Shown here: positions 23,670 to 36,919 of the stretch, piece by piece
Position numbering within the stretch: position 1 is the first letter of the stretch
How the letters are laid out: each line of letters starts with the position of its first letter
Assembly (NCBI RefSeq): GCF_963921235.1
Contig: NC_086128.1
Coordinates: forward strand, 70,370,001 to 70,434,000
Source of the DNA: Mobula hypostoma
Taxonomy: Eukaryota
DNA length: 64,000 nucleotides
Direction of reading: 5' to 3'
Made by a program: the position numbers and the translations under genes
Notes under the pieces: model-generated
Database searches by the model: none
What the model saw: the letters and a program-made list of their open reading frames with translations, nothing else
What the model was told of the DNA's origin: nothing

Positions 23670-26600
23670 CTGACATGGGTAGGAAAAGGGATGAGGTCCT
23701 GAAAGGAGAATATAGGGAGCTAGGAAGGGAGTTGAGAAAAAGGGCCGCAAAGGTAGTAATCTCAGGATTACTGCCTGTGCCACGCGACAGTGAAAGTAGG
23801 AATGCAATGAGGTGGAGGATAAATGCGTGGCTGAGGGATTGGAGTAGGGGGCAGAGATTCAAGTTTTTGGATCATTGGGACCTCTTTTGACGCAGGTGTG
23901 ACCTGTACAAAAAGGACAGGTTACACTTGAATCCCAGGGGGACCAATACCCTGGCGGGGAGATTTGCGCGGGCTACTGAGGTGACTTTAAACTAGAATGG
24001 TTGGGGGGTGGGAATCAAATTAAAGAGGCTAGGCGTGAGGAGGTTAGTTCACAACAGGGGGATGGGAACCAGTGCAGAGAGACAGAGGGGTGTAAAATGA
24101 GGGTAGAAGCAAAAAGTAGTAAGGTGAAAAGTAACAGTGGCAGGCCGACAAATCCAGGGCAAGCATCAAAAAGGGCCACTTTTCAACATAATTGTACAAG
24201 GGCTAAGAGAGTTGTAAAAGCGCGCCTGAAGGCTTTGTGTGTCAATGCAAGGAGCATTCGTAACAAGGTGGATGAATTAAGAGTGCAGATTGTTATTAAT
24301 GAATATGATATAGTTGGGATCACAGAGACATGGCTCCAGGGTGACCAACGATGGGAGCTCAACATTGAGGGATATACAATATTCAGGAGGGATAGACATG
24401 AAAGAAAAGGAGGTGGGGTAGCATTGCTAGTTAGAGAGGAGATTAACACAATAGAAAGGAAGGACATTAGCCGGGAGGATGTGGAATCGTTATAGGTAGA
24501 GCTGCATAACACTAAGGGGCAGAAAGTTGTGTGGGAGTTGTGTACAGGCCACCTAACAGTAGTAGTGAGGTTGGGGATGGTATTAAACAGGAAATTAGAA
24601 ATGTGTGCAATAAAGGAACAGCAGTTATAATGGGTGACTTCAATCTACATATAGATTGGGTGAACAAAATTGGTAAGGTGTTGAGGAAGAGGATTTCTTG
24701 GAATGTATGTGGGATGGTTTTTTGAACCAACATGTCGAGGAACCAACTGGAAAGCAGGCTATTCTAGACTGGGTATTGAGCAATGAGGAAGGGTTAATTA
24801 GCAATCTTGCCGTGAGAGGCCCCTTGGGTAAGAGTGGCCATAATATGGTGGAATTCTTCATTAAGATGGAGAGTGACATAGTTAATTCAGAAACAAAGGT
24901 TCTGAATTTAAAGAAGGGTAACTTTGAAGGTATGAGATGTGAATTAGCTAAGATAGACTGGCAAATGACACTTAAAGGGTTGACGGTGGATATGCAATGG
25001 CAAGCATTTAAAGATCACATGGATGAATTACAACAATTGTTCATCCCAGTTTGGCAAAAGAATAAATCAAGGAAGGTAGTGCACCCATGGCTGACAAGGG
25101 AAATTAGGGATAGTATCAATTCCAAAGAAGAAGCATACAAATTAACCAGAACATGTGGCTCACCTGAGGACTGGGAGAAATTCAGAGTCCAGCAGAGGAG
25201 GACAAAGGGCTTAATTAGGAAGGGGAAAAAAGATTATGAGAGAAAACTGGCAGGGAACATAAAAACTGACTGTAAAAACTTTTATAGATATGTGAAAAGA
25301 AAAAGATTGGTTAAGACAAATGTAGGTCCCCTACAGACAGAAACAGGTGAATTGATCATGGGGAACAAGGACATGGCAGCCCAATTGAATAACTACTTTG
25401 GTTCTGTCTTCACTAAGGAGGACATAAATAATCTTCCGGAAATAGTAGGGGACAGAGGGTCCAGTGAGATGGAGCAACTGAGGGAAATACATGTTAGTAG
25501 GGAAGTGGTGTTAGGTAGATTGAAAGGATTAAAGGCAGATAAATCCCCAGCATCCCAGAATGCTTAAGGAAGTAGCCCAAGAAATAGTGGATGCATTAGT
25601 GATAATTTTTCAAAACTCTTTAGATTCTGGACTAGTTCCTGAGGATCAGAGGGTGGCAAATATAACCCCACTTTTTAAAATAGGAGGGAGAGAGAAACCG
25701 GGGAATTATAGACCGGTTAGCCTAACATTGGTGGTGGGAAAAATGCTAGAGTCAGTTATCAAAGATGTGATAACAGCACATTTGGAAAGCGGTGAAATCA
25801 TCGGACAAACTCAGCATGGATTTGCGAAAGGAAAATCATGTCTGACGAATCTCATAGAATTTTTTGAGGATGTAACTAGTAGAGTGGATAGGGGAGAACC
25901 AGTGGATGTGGTATATTTGGATTTTCAAAAGGCTTTTGACAAGGTCCCACACAGGAGGTTAGTGTGCAGACATAAAGCACACAGTATTGGGGGTAAGGTA
26001 TTGGTGTGGATAGAGAATTGGTTGGCAGACAGGAAGCAAAGAGTGGGAATAAACAGGATCTTTTCAGAATGGCAGGCAGTGACTAGTGGGGTACCGCAAG
26101 GCTCAGTGCTGGGACCCCAGTTATTTACAATATATATTAATGACTTAGATGAGGGAATTAAATGAAGCATCTCCAAGTCTGTGGATGACACGAAGCTGGG
26201 TGGCAGTGTTAGCTGTGAGGAGGATGCTAAGAGGATGCAGGGTGACTTGGATAGGTTAGCTGAGTGGACAAATTCATGGCAGATGCAATTTAATGTGGAT
26301 AAATGTGAAGTTATCCACTTTGGTGGCAAAAACAAGAAAACAGATTATTATCTGAATGGTGGCCAATTAGGAAAAGGGGAGGTGCAGCAAGACCTGGGTG
26401 TCATACACCAGTGATTGAAAGTGGGCATGCAGGTACAGCAGGCGGTGAAAAAGGCGAATGATATGCTGGCATTCATAGCAAGAGGATTCGAGTACAGGAG
26501 CAGGGAGGTACTGCTGCAGTTGCACAAGGCCTTGGTGAGACCACACCTGGAGTATTGTGTGAAGTTTTGGTCCCCTAATCTGAGGAAAGACATCCTTGCC

Positions 26601-26945
26601 ACGGAGGGAGTACAAAGAAGGTTCACCAGATTGATTCCTGGGATGGCAGGACTTTCATATGATGAAAGACTGGATCAACTAGGCTTATATCGTTGGAATT
26701 TAGAAGATTGAGGGGGGATCTTATTGAAACGTATAAAATCCTAAAGGGATTGGACAGGCTAGATGCAGGAAGATTGTTCCCGATGTTGGGGAAGTCCAGA
26801 ACGTGGGGTCACAGTTTGAGGATAAAGGGGAAGCCTTTTAGGACCGAGATTAGGAAAAACTTCTTCACACAGAGAGTGGTGAATCTGTGGAATTCTCTGC
26901 CACAGGAAACAGTTCAGGCCAGTTCATTGGCTATATTTAAGAGGG
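23670..26945 (+). mobile_element. Near full-length defective CR1 LINE (ORF1 esterase-like end, ORF2 APE and RT)
   Basis: ORF1 VVISGLLPVP...LHLN. ORF2 [52 protein letters not shown]. Several stops and frameshifts; FADD has become SVDD. Confidence 0.96.
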
Positions 26946-26989
26946 AGGAGAGGAAGGTGGGGTGACTGGGGCCAGGGGAGAGGTAGTAA

Positions 26990-27440
26990 CCGGCTTGAGC
27001 TGGGTGGATCTTCAGTGATCCTGGTAGACGCAATCTATATGACACCTTGTTGTCAGCCATTTCCACTACAAACGGTCCCACCTAGCGCGGTGCTAAATTC
27101 CGGTTCTCGACTTTCAGGGGAGGATCCCCTGATGCCAACCAGGCCTCCTCTCCTGTCAGTCAACCAGGCATCCTCGCCAATCAGCCCGCCGGGAATGCTG
27201 TTTCAGGGCGCGCAGCACACAAGCCCTGGCTCGTCTCCAGGTGCGCTTGTCGCGCTGGATCAGCTGCTCAGCAGCAGGAACCCCTACGCCGATCTCCTGA
27301 TCAGGGAAGAGCGGGGACTGGAATCCCTTCTGGCATTCAAAGGGAGACATACCTGTAGAGGACGACTGGAGGGTATTGTGGGCGATCTCTGCCCAAACCA
27401 GTTGGGAGCTTCAAGACGTGGGGTTGGAAGAAGCAAGACA
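26990..27440 (-). mobile_element. Degraded Ty3/Gypsy integrase C-terminal fragment (GPY/F region)
   Basis: SPFECQKGFQSPLFPDQE..VGVP...RTWRRARA, then WLASGDPPLKVENRNLAPR*VGPF....NKVSYRLRLPGSLKIHP. Confidence 0.8.
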
Positions 27441-27444
27441 GCGC

Positions 27445-27517
27445 ACTAAAACGCGCAGCGTTGAGTAGCAGAATCCCAGCGAAAGGGAGGAATGGAGTTG
27501 AGACAGAATCGATCTAT
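27445..27517 (-). pseudogene. Relic of a diverged GPR139-like paralogue (TM5 piece)
   Basis: Translates IDSVSTPFLPFAGILLLNA versus LDSVLSPFLPFAGILLLNA in gene A. Aligns to about 33346-33420 with an 11-nt deletion. Confidence 0.75.
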
Positions 27518-27799
27518 TATTGATGCTGATCAGACGTCTCCAGCAAAGGCTGATATACGTTATTGTGTGATTAGACGTATGACTGACAACCAACTTGAGA
27601 TAATAAAATTTTTGAATCGTATTTAGAGGTCAGACCATCTTCGTTCCTCATGGAATTGGAGTGGTGCTGCCTAATCTAAAATCTGTGAGCGCCCCGTTGA
27701 ATAGTTGTACACCAATATCGTCAATGTCTCATTGATGTAAACTTATGCAACGTCTGGTAATCCAGCGCTTCAATTATATTTTGGGAAAGAGAGATGATA

Positions 27800-28205
27800 T
27801 AGTGTTTTAAGCGAACTAGGGCTTTACTCTTTGGAGAGAAGGAGGATGAGAGGAGACATGATAGAGGTGTACAAGATAATAAGAGGAATAGATAGAGTGG
27901 ATAGCCAGCGCCTCTTCCCCAGGGCACCACTGCTCAATACAAGAGGACATGGCTTTAAGGTAAGGGGTGGGAAGTTCAAGGGGGATATTAGAGGAAGGTT
28001 TTTTACTCAGAGAGTGGTTGGTGCGTGGAATGCACTGCCTGAGTCAGTGGTGGAGGCAGATACACTAGCGAAGTTTAAGAGACTACTAGACAGGTATATG
28101 GAGGAATTTAAGGTGGGGGGTTATATGGAAGGCAGGGTTTGAGTGTCGGCACAACATTGTGGGCCGAAGGGCCTGTACTGTACTGTACTATTCTATGTTC
28201 TATGT
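27800..28205 (+). mobile_element. CR1 3' end
   Basis: LERRRMRGDMIEVYKIIRG...FFTQRVVGAWNALP with a ttctatg tail. Confidence 0.93.
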
Positions 28206-30960
28206 TTATCGTGGACTTTGGAAGGGTAGAATGACATTCGATTCAGTTTTATGTTTGGAAGCACAGTTAAATAAAAAGTGTAAAAGCTGATATTGAAAAG
28301 GCCGATGGTACGCTATGGAAGGACCGACTTTTGCTGAGATTACGGAAATCAGGAATGAGAGAGAGATTGTGTCTCTTTTTCTGAGTTGTTTATTTGGACG
28401 TCCTGTGCAGGGAGGGTGGGCAAGTTTTATCTGTGTTTCAATGAGGTAGAGAATGGGACCGAACAAGGCAGCATTTGTAGACATCTAATATATATTATTT
28501 AATATCGCGATTCATGATATTTACTCTGAGACGGTGATGGGGTAGGTAAATCACGATATGCAGATGATGGAGCTTTATAGATGAGAGGTAGAAATTTCTA
28601 TTTTACTGTATATAGGATGCAATTCGCAATTAATGAGGTCGAACAGGAGGCAAATACACTAGTGTATTTGAAAGTGTATGGTCAAACTCCTGAGATGTCA
28701 ATGGTAAGAATTCCAGGCTTGTGCGAGGATAATATGCTCACATGGAAGCACCATCTCAGTAAACTAATTGATAACTAAGGAGCGTTAAATATTCTCAGGC
28801 GTATCTGTGGGTATTCTTGGGGTGCTGCACGAAAATCTTTGCTGACCGTTTATATTCGCTTCATTATATCTGTTCTTCATTGTGGCTGTCTGCCTCATGG
28901 ATCAGCTTCATCTTCAACTTCAAAATATTTGGATGTGACACAAGCACAGGCTGCAGATAATTCTGCTCACACAATGTGACATTCTTAGGGTACTACACGA
29001 AAATAATTGTTGACCTGACCATTTTTATTTGTTTAATTAGATCTGTTCTTGATTATGGCTGTGTGGCTTATGGATCAGCTTCATCTTCAACTTTAAATTG
29101 GTTGGATGTTATACAAGCCGAAGCTTTAAGGCTGCGCTGTGGTGCAGTAAGTTCATCCCCTTTTCCGGCTTTACTGGTTGAAATGGGGCAATTACCCGTA
29201 CAGTTTCGGATGTTGAATTCGATGCTAACTATAGGGGATTAATTTGAGGGGGCAAAGAAATGATCATTCTGTTAAAGTGTGCTGTAGGACTGTTGGTAAC
29301 ATCACACAAAGAGTGCTTTTAGTTTCGGGTGGCTGGGATATTATCACGCTTCTATGTGAATATGCAACATGTCCCACTGTCGTGTTTTTTAACGCCACCT
29401 TGTTTTTTCCAATGAATTTAGATGAGATTAGATTATGAGGACACTCAGTCCTCGTTTAATGTCATTTAGAAATGCATGTATTAAAAAATGATACAATATT
29501 CCTCAAGAATGATATCACAGAAACACAGGGCAAACCAAGACTAACACTGACAAAACCACATAATTATAACATATAGTTACAGCAGTGTAAAGCAATACCG
29601 TAATTTGATAAAGAGCAGACCATGGGCACGGTAAAAAAAAAGTCTCGAGGACCGATAGCCCCATCATCTCACGCAGACGGTAGAAGGGAGAAGCTCTTCC
29701 TGCCATGAACCTCCGAGCGCCGCAAACTTACCGATGCCGCACCATTGGAAGCACCCGACTGCAGCTGAGTCTGGGTCCGTCCGAAAACTTCAAGCCTCCG
29801 ACCAGCCCTCCAACACCGAGCACCGAGCGCCATCCTCTGCTGAGCGCTTCGACTCCGCCCCGGCCGCCGAGCAACAAGCAAAGCCGAGGACTCTGGGCCT
29901 TCCCCTCTGGAGATTCTGGATCACACAGTAGCAGCGGCAGGGAAGTAGGCATTTCAGAATTTTCACGAGATGGTTTTAGCTTACACGATTTAATAAAGTC
30001 TAATGAATCTGTTATGCCTGAGAGTCTGTTGGTTTATCAGTATATTATGGAAAATTAGTACGATATGTTAGCCGTTTTTACAGGTGGGTCAAAAGATAAT
30101 TCAACTGGGAATATTGGTGCAGCTGTTTTGGGCCGGAATTACAGGTAACGATAAAGACACAACTTATGAACAATCTATCAGTAAATACAGCAGATTTGGT
30201 TGCCATCATTTTAGGGTTAAAGTGGGGGGGGGGGAGAAATTTATTCATATAAAGTTGTACGCAATAGGTCAGATTTATTGTTGGAAACTAATCAAACATC
30301 ATTTCATTTACAAAGTATCGGTTTGCATGACAACTACTTATGGGTCCCTGCAGATCGAGCTGTTGAAAGGAATGAGGGGTTGATCGTTCAACTACAAAAG
30401 CTGATAAAAGTTCCACTGCGGATAAAGACCTCCACTGAGCAAATCGGAAGCGAGGGATTTGGTAGGGTTCACAATTAGGGGCTTATAGCAAGACAGCTGG
30501 GATAATGGGCATAAGGGAAGAAATTCTTACAGAATACCGAAACTGTTGGTATTGTAGGCGAAGGGGTAAATCAAGAATGGTAAATTATATTGACGTGGCT
30601 GAGCACACGATGCTTAATTTTTCCTTATACCTTGTTGGAAAACATCATTTTGTGTCGTGTAGGTTTTGTCATTGTGAAGATGTTTAACACATACATTCAA
30701 CTTTAGGTTGAAATAAATCAAACACAGTCTTCATTACAATCTTCGTGGGTTAATATTTTTCATCAAAAAACCTTATTAATTTATGCACTGACTTTAATTT
30801 AATTCACAGTATTGTATTTCATTACGTTTTGGTGTAATTTAGCCTTCATTTGAAGAAAAGAGTAGTAAGGGATTTATTTCCCAATTCTCTGTACAACACT
30901 CCAGTCCTTTTGATGGCGGGAATGCGCCTTAAAGTTGGAGAGTTAGCCGCCATTTATCCA
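28205..30960 (+). mobile_element. Highly degraded Nimb/I-clade LINE (RT, RNase H, 3' UTR)
   Basis: YADDGAL; IRSVLDYGCVAYGSASSSTLNWLDVIQAEALRL.CGA..SSP..ALLVEMGQLP; RNase H-like FTGGSKD; 3' end shared with 51130 and 53770. Confidence 0.8.
29420..29972 (-). mobile_element. Second copy of the 22205-22878 retroposon
   Basis: Homologous sequence; absent at the equivalent site of duplicon B (about 52860). Confidence 0.7.
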
Positions 30961-31235
30961 AATCCCGCCCTATTCTTTCACGTCAGCCAATCATTCAAAG
31001 GGAAGACGGACACAGTTGCAATTGACATTGGATTAGTCCACCAGCATCATCTAGCCTCCTGCCGTCCTCTGGAAACTGTGAAGTTGGTGGATGTGAATGG
31101 GAATACATGGACATATCCATAGACCAATAGATGGGCTGTATTCCGGAGTGGTCCTTTGATTTACATCTGGTAGGGTCAATGAATCGCCGGGACGGTGATC
31201 TGCCAGGCAACCCCTGCCTCACACCCCTCCCCCCA

Positions 31236-31289
<54 letters not shown>

Positions 31290-31349
31290 TACCCTCATGT
31301 CCTGGAGATGCCGATCGATGGGACAATCCTCCCGGGATAACAACTGGGA

Positions 31350-32925
31350 GATAAGGTGGAAAGCATTAAGTTAAATAAGTCGCGGGGACCAGATAAGATG
31401 TACCCCAGGCTACTGTGGGAGGCGAGGGAGGAGATTGCTCAGCTCTGGCGATGATATTTGAATCATCAATGGGGACGGGAGAGGTTCCGGAGGATTGGAG
31501 GGTTGCGGATGTTGTTCCTTCATTCAAGAAAGGGAGTAGAGGTAGCCCAGGAAATTATAGATCAGTGAGTCTTACTTCAGTAGTGGGTAAATTGATGGAG
31601 AAGATGCTGAGAGGCAGGATTTATGAAGATTTGGAGAGGTATAACATGATTAGGAATAGTCAGCATGGTTTTGTCAAGGGCAGATCGTGCCTTATGTGCC
31701 TCATTGTATTTTTGAGGATGTGACTAAACACATTGATGAAGAAAGAGGAGTAGATGTAGTGCATATGGGTTTCAGCGAGGCATTTGATAAGGTAACCCAT
31801 GCCAGGCTTATTGAGAAAGTAAGGAGGCATGGGATCCAAGGGGACATCGCTTTGCGGATCCAGAACTGGCTTGCCCACAGAAGGCAAAGAGAGGTTGTAG
31901 ACGGGTCATATTCTTCATGGAGGTCGGGGACCAGTGGTGTGCCTCAGGGATCTGTTCTGGGACCCTTACTCTTCGTGATTTTTATAAATGACCTAGATGA
32001 GGAAGTGGAGGGATGGGTTAGTAAGTTTGCTGATGACACAAAGGTTGGAGGCGTTGTGGATAATGTGGAGGGCTTTCAGAGGTTACAGTGGGACATTGAT
32101 AGGATGCAAAACTGGGCTGAGAAGTGGCAGATGGAGTTCAACACAAATAAGTGTGAAGTGGTTCATGTTGGTAGGTCAAATATGATGGCAGAATATACTA
32201 TTAATGGTAAGACAATTGGCAGTGTGGAGTATCAAAGGGATCTTGGGGTCCGAGTCCATAGGACACTCAAAGCAGCTGCTCAGGTTGACTCCGTGGTTAA
32301 GAAGGCATACGGTGCATTGGCCTTCATCAACAGTCAATTTAATTTAGGAGCCGAGAGGTAATGTTACAGATCTATAGGACCCTGGGCATCCCACTTGGAG
32401 TACTACACTCAGTTCTGCTTGCCTTACTAGAGAAAGGATGTGGAAGCCATAGAAAGGGTGCAGAGGAGATTTACAAGGATGTTGCCTAGATTGGGGAGCA
32501 TGCCTTATGAAAATAGGTTGAGTGAACTCGGCCTTTTCTCCTTGGAGCGACGGAGGATGAGAGGTGACCTGACAGAGGTGTATAAGTTGATGAGAGGCAT
32601 TGATCGTGTGGATAGTCAGAGGCTTTTCCCCAGGGCTGAGATGGTTACCACAAGAGGACACAGGTTTAAGGTTCTGGAGAGTAGGTACAGAGGAGATGTC
32701 AGGGGTAAATTTTTTACACAGAGAGTGGTGAGTGCGTGGAAAGGGCTGCCGGCAACGGTGGTGGAGGCGGATACGATTGGGTCTTTTAAGAGACTTTTGG
32801 ATAGGTACACGGAGCTTAGAAAAATAGAGGGTGAGCACAGTAATTTCTAAAGTAGGAACATGTTCGGCACAACTTTGTGGGCTGAAGGGCCTGTATGGTG
32901 ATGTATGTTCTCTGTGTTTCTATGT
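31350..32925 (+). mobile_element. 5'-truncated CR1 inserted about 50 bp past the stop of receptor A
   Basis: RT motifs [11 protein letters not shown] and KFADDTK; absent from duplicon B. Confidence 0.95.
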
Positions 32926-32974
32926 GAAGAACTGAAGACCGGACTAGAGACACACTTCCATCTCTGGCTTGTGC

Positions 32975-33882
32975 TCAGTACACGGTTTTTTTAATGTACT
33001 GAAGTAACGAGGTGACTAGATATTTCACCGCGCTGATCATTTGCTCCCTGAATTTCGACTGAGTCACCGAGTAAATAAATGTGTTCGTGCAGCAGCTGAA
33101 ATCCCTCAGTAAAACCCCGATATAGTGAAATATCCATTCAGAATCATTGAAATCGAATCCTTTTCCTGAGACCTGATAATATATGAACTTTACAACCAGT
33201 GTTAACCACAGGAGGATGAAGTTGCCGGAGAGGGTGAAGAGTAAAACCACAGACCTCCTCCTGCTCTCCATCTCCGGGTCACTGCGGATCTCCCCCTTGC
33301 TCTGACCCTTCAGCCCCTTGCGGGCCCGACTGGAGACTAAAATGTGTCTGACTGTCAGAGCGTTGAGCAGCAGGATCCCAGCGAAAGGCAGGAACGGTGA
33401 TAAAACCGAGTCGAGCCAGTCATAGGCTACCCACCCGGGGTCAGTGAAAACATTGTCCATGAGATCACAGAACCACGGTACACTGTCGATGATCTCCTTG
33501 GGCTCCCATGTGAAATATCGGGGAATATTTTTCATGCAGAACAGTATGCCGGTTATTGTTAGAAACACAGTCGCGGTTTTCCCGGTGCAGTATTTTATTT
33601 TCAGCTTCTGGCAGCAAATGGCGACAAACCGATCAAAGGTGAAAGTAACGGTGAACCAGACAGAACAGTCTGTGGCTGTGTATCTCACTGTATCAATAAC
33701 ACTGCACACTGGGGTGATGCTCAGAAAACTCCACGGGAAGTAATACAAATTGATTTGATTCAAAATTACCTGGGTGACAACGGTCAGTAGATCCGCCGCT
33801 GCCATGGCCACCAGGTAGCGAGTGGTGCAGGTAGAGAGGCCGCACTTCCCCCGGGACAGGATCGCAATCGCTACTAAATTCA
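32975..33882 (-). CDS. GPR139: GPR139-like class A GPCR gene A, exon 2 (327 aa with exon 1)
   Basis: TM2 YLVAMAAADLL, TM3 CSVWFTVTFTFDRFVAIC, TM5 PFLPF..ILLLN, TM7 SCCTNTFIY. Acceptor (CT)n-ctag|TGAAT, phase 1. The symbol is a family label, not an orthology claim. Confidence 0.92.
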
Positions 33883-33885
33883 CTA

Positions 33886-33928
<43 letters not shown>

Positions 33929-34841
33929 TGAAGACATGTACTGGGCATGGCTGAAATGACTGGACATACAATCCGAAAATTAACGCGGGCTCGTGTTTCA
34001 GCCGAAGATCAGGAGTGCTCGAGTGTGAACGGCTGCTAATCTAACATCAGACAGGAGCCACAGTGCCCCTGACCTGCCGGCTTCAGTGTGGAGATAACAC
34101 GATGTGTGGGAAATCATCAGCGATAAAAACGAGCTGCACGAACAACAACGATCGGAGCTCTACCCGATTCCCGTCGCTGATGGGGCCGGTTTGACTGATT
34201 TAACCGTGACTGACCAGGCCTCTGGAAACTCAGCACCTGATGTGGCCGAGAAGGGATACAGAGGGGAGAAACACACACAAAGCCCTGGAAGAACTCAGCA
34301 GGTCAGGCAGCATCCATGGAATTGAACAAACTCACGTTCTGGGCGAGATCCTTCTTCAGGACGAAGGTACCCCAATTTGGGACGAGTCTCAAACAGACAG
34401 CAGGGATAACTTAGTTACCAGAGACCGGGTGGTTCCGTGAACGGATTAATTCTACAGCGCAGTTCGGCAGATCAGTGGACACTGGTTCAGTTGATGAAAC
34501 CCAATTAATGACTAACAAGTAGTGGGATCCGACTGTGACAGACTACAGGGAACCGTGACACAGAACTAGGGGTTCAATCCGCTCAATAACTCAGAAACAG
34601 TGAACTTCCCAACGTAAACCCTTCTCAGTGAACTTTATAAAGTATACCCTTCCCAGGGTTTTAAATTCCCATTCATTGCCTCCTAGTCAGCCCTTCCCGG
34701 AAAGCTGCCTGTCTCCAGCACTGGTACAAATCTGAACAAAGTATCATTAAAGACAAGAACAACGTTCGATTTGATCCCGTCAGTTCGAGGAGAGACAGAG
34801 GATTCGTTTCGTTTGCCATTAATTCTGAAAAATCAGAATGT

Positions 34842-36007
34842 CAAATAATAACGATGTACAATTTTAAATTGAATTAGAGAATGACTGGCACAAATCGAAG
34901 AAGAGTTAACCAGCTTCAAAATTCGCAACCAATCCTCTGTTATCAAGGTCATATTAAGCTCTCTTTCCAATCTTACTTGATCTTAAGTAAAGGATAATTG
35001 TCCTGTTGTCCTGTAAATCATAAATGTTCCAAATAAAGGCTTTCACTAAAAGGTTCATTTTTAAAATAATGTCTAGCAGGTCAGAATCTTGTATATATGG
35101 AAAATTACTTAAATATTCTTGTAAAAAATGTCTGACCTGAAGATATTGCAAAAAATGTGAATATGAGAATATGTCTAAAAATTTTTCCTAATGTAAATAG
35201 TCAGTGTGATAGATGCAAAACTGAGATAGCTGCATTGACACATATGTTTTGGTCGTGTTCTGTACTGGAACAATTTTGGAAATCTATTTTTTCTATAATC
35301 TCTAAAACTTTAAGAATCAATTTACAACCTAATAAATTGACAGTTTTGTTTGGTGTAATTCCTCAACATATTCACGGTATTTCTATTTCTGACCAATATG
35401 TAATTGCATTTGTCACATTATTGGCTAGAAGGGCTATTTTACTAAAATGGAAAGATGCCTCTGCTCCCATTTTGATACAATGGTTCTCTCAGGTGATGTT
35501 ATGTCTTAGTTTGGAAAAAATTAGAAGTCGAACTTTTGATCCTAGAGGTGATGTTATGTCTTAGTTTGGAAAAAATCTGAAGTCGAACTTTTGATCCTAG
35601 ATTTGACTTCGAGAAAAGGTGGGGTTCTTTTGCCCGTTATTATCATTTGACTTGAGTTAATAAAGATGGTCCTTTTCTGATGCTTGGTTATATGGGTTTG
35701 GTTGGCGGTTTGATGTCTTTTTTTTATGGAAGATTGTATGGCGTATAGCTCCGGGGTTGTGCTCCAAATGGGGTTTTTCCCCTTTTTTTTGTTATGAGGG
35801 TTTTTCTCTGTTTTAGTTAGTAGGGGTTCTTTTTTCCATAAAAAAAGCTTTAATACTTTGTTTTTGATTATTATTGAAATACTGTTTAGCCTGGTTGATA
35901 GGTTAACTTTTACTCTACGTATGGATATGTTATCTTGATTATTTTGATGTATTTTTCTCTGTAGTTGATTTTCAATAATAATTAATAAAAAGATTTAAAA
36001 TGAAAAA
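34842..36007 (+). mobile_element. 5'-truncated, 5'-inverted L1-clade LINE in the intron of receptor A
   Basis: 15-bp TSD GAAAAATCAGAATGT (34827-34841 and 36008-36022), empty in gene B. The minus piece runs QYLQVRHF...IQFKIVHRYYL; the plus piece has CDRCK....LTHMFWSC and then an A-rich tail. Confidence 0.92.
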
Positions 36008-36158
36008 GAAAAATCAGAATGTTGAATTGACCGGGTCGATATCTCTGTCGGATATTTGTGCAATGATCATTAAGTTGAAAGCTTGTAAAATGACCATAAA
36101 CAGGATCAGACCGGTTAACACACAGAAGTACTAAACATCAATTGCTCTACTCACTCAC

Positions 36159-36234
36159 CAGGAACTCCAACGACGGCAATGAACACGTACAATATTCTGT
36201 GCACACTCAGATACCTATCCAACAATGCAGCCAT
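36159..36234 (-). CDS. GPR139: GPR139-like gene A, exon 1 (MAALLDRYLSVHRILYVFIAVVGVP)
   Basis: 76 nt from aaaATGG to CCTG|GTGAGT. It supplies the first half of TM1, and 76+908 nt = 328 codons. Confidence 0.9.
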
Positions 36235-36619
36235 TTTCTCTGTCCGGTGATTTGTCTCCCAGTGCTACAGGCGACCTCTGGGACAGAAATGTTGAGGCAA
36301 CACATACCTGGGGTTTTAATACCTTTTAGCGACTCCACAGGGACAGATTTCAACAGATTTAAAAATAAAAATTTTCCAGTTATTTATAAACCGATTACGT
36401 CAGACAAGTGCAATTCCCTGGGTGATCGATTGTATTGTTGTGCTTATACATGTATGTGTGTTTGTGCTTGTGTCTGTGTATGTGTTTTTCTGTCAGTGTT
36501 TGTCATTCTATCTGTCTATGTGTGTTACTGTGTGTATACGTGTGTGTGTGTATGTGTGTGTGTGTGTGTGTGTGGGCGTGTGTGGGTGGGCGGGGGGGTT
36601 TGCACTCGTGGGGTAGGAA

Positions 36620-36890
36620 TAGACCCATTGTCTCTGCCTGCTTCTGCCCGACTGAACTCGTGTCTGTATACCCCGAATTCATTTTGTCCCCCTTGGTTCA
36701 GTCCCGTCCCATTTAACTCCACGAACTGCACATGCTCCCGAACTCTTCAGCAACTTTAATAATCCCTGGTCCTGATTGCCATGGATTATTTTGACCATGG
36801 ATATCCAGTAACTATACACCTCTGTCCCAAGAAGGTCTTAAGCACTCCGCTTCTTTCTCGACAACACATCCAACCAGTTCAGCTTCAACG
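36620..36890 (+). mobile_element. Old Penelope RT fragment (paralogue at 58100-58370)
   Basis: PIVSACFCPTELVS...ILSPLVQS, TMDIQ.LYTS and EGLKALRFFL. Confidence 0.75.
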
Positions 36891-36919
36891 ATACTTTATT
36901 TGGAATCAGAGAGCACCAT

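Noticed and set aside
23670-26945. Possible active CR1
   Set aside because: Multiple stops and frameshifts, a mutated FADD motif and missing ends.
33444-33743. Antisense ORFs over the receptors (also 54526-54951)
   Set aside because: Shadow frames of the GPCR coding sequence with no independent features.
33883-33967. Single-exon model with an SLSLSL N-terminus (also 55091-55142)
   Set aside because: This is intronic (CT)n. A proper upstream exon completes TM1 with canonical splice sites in both genes.
34320-34365. Hammerhead-like sequence in both receptor introns (also about 56765-56810)
   Set aside because: The GAAA core and stem I are disrupted; it is an old Penelope remnant.
36142-36759. 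205 aa ORF (and 58020-58535)
   Set aside because: A chance fusion of antisense exon 1, (TG)n and a Penelope RT fragment.
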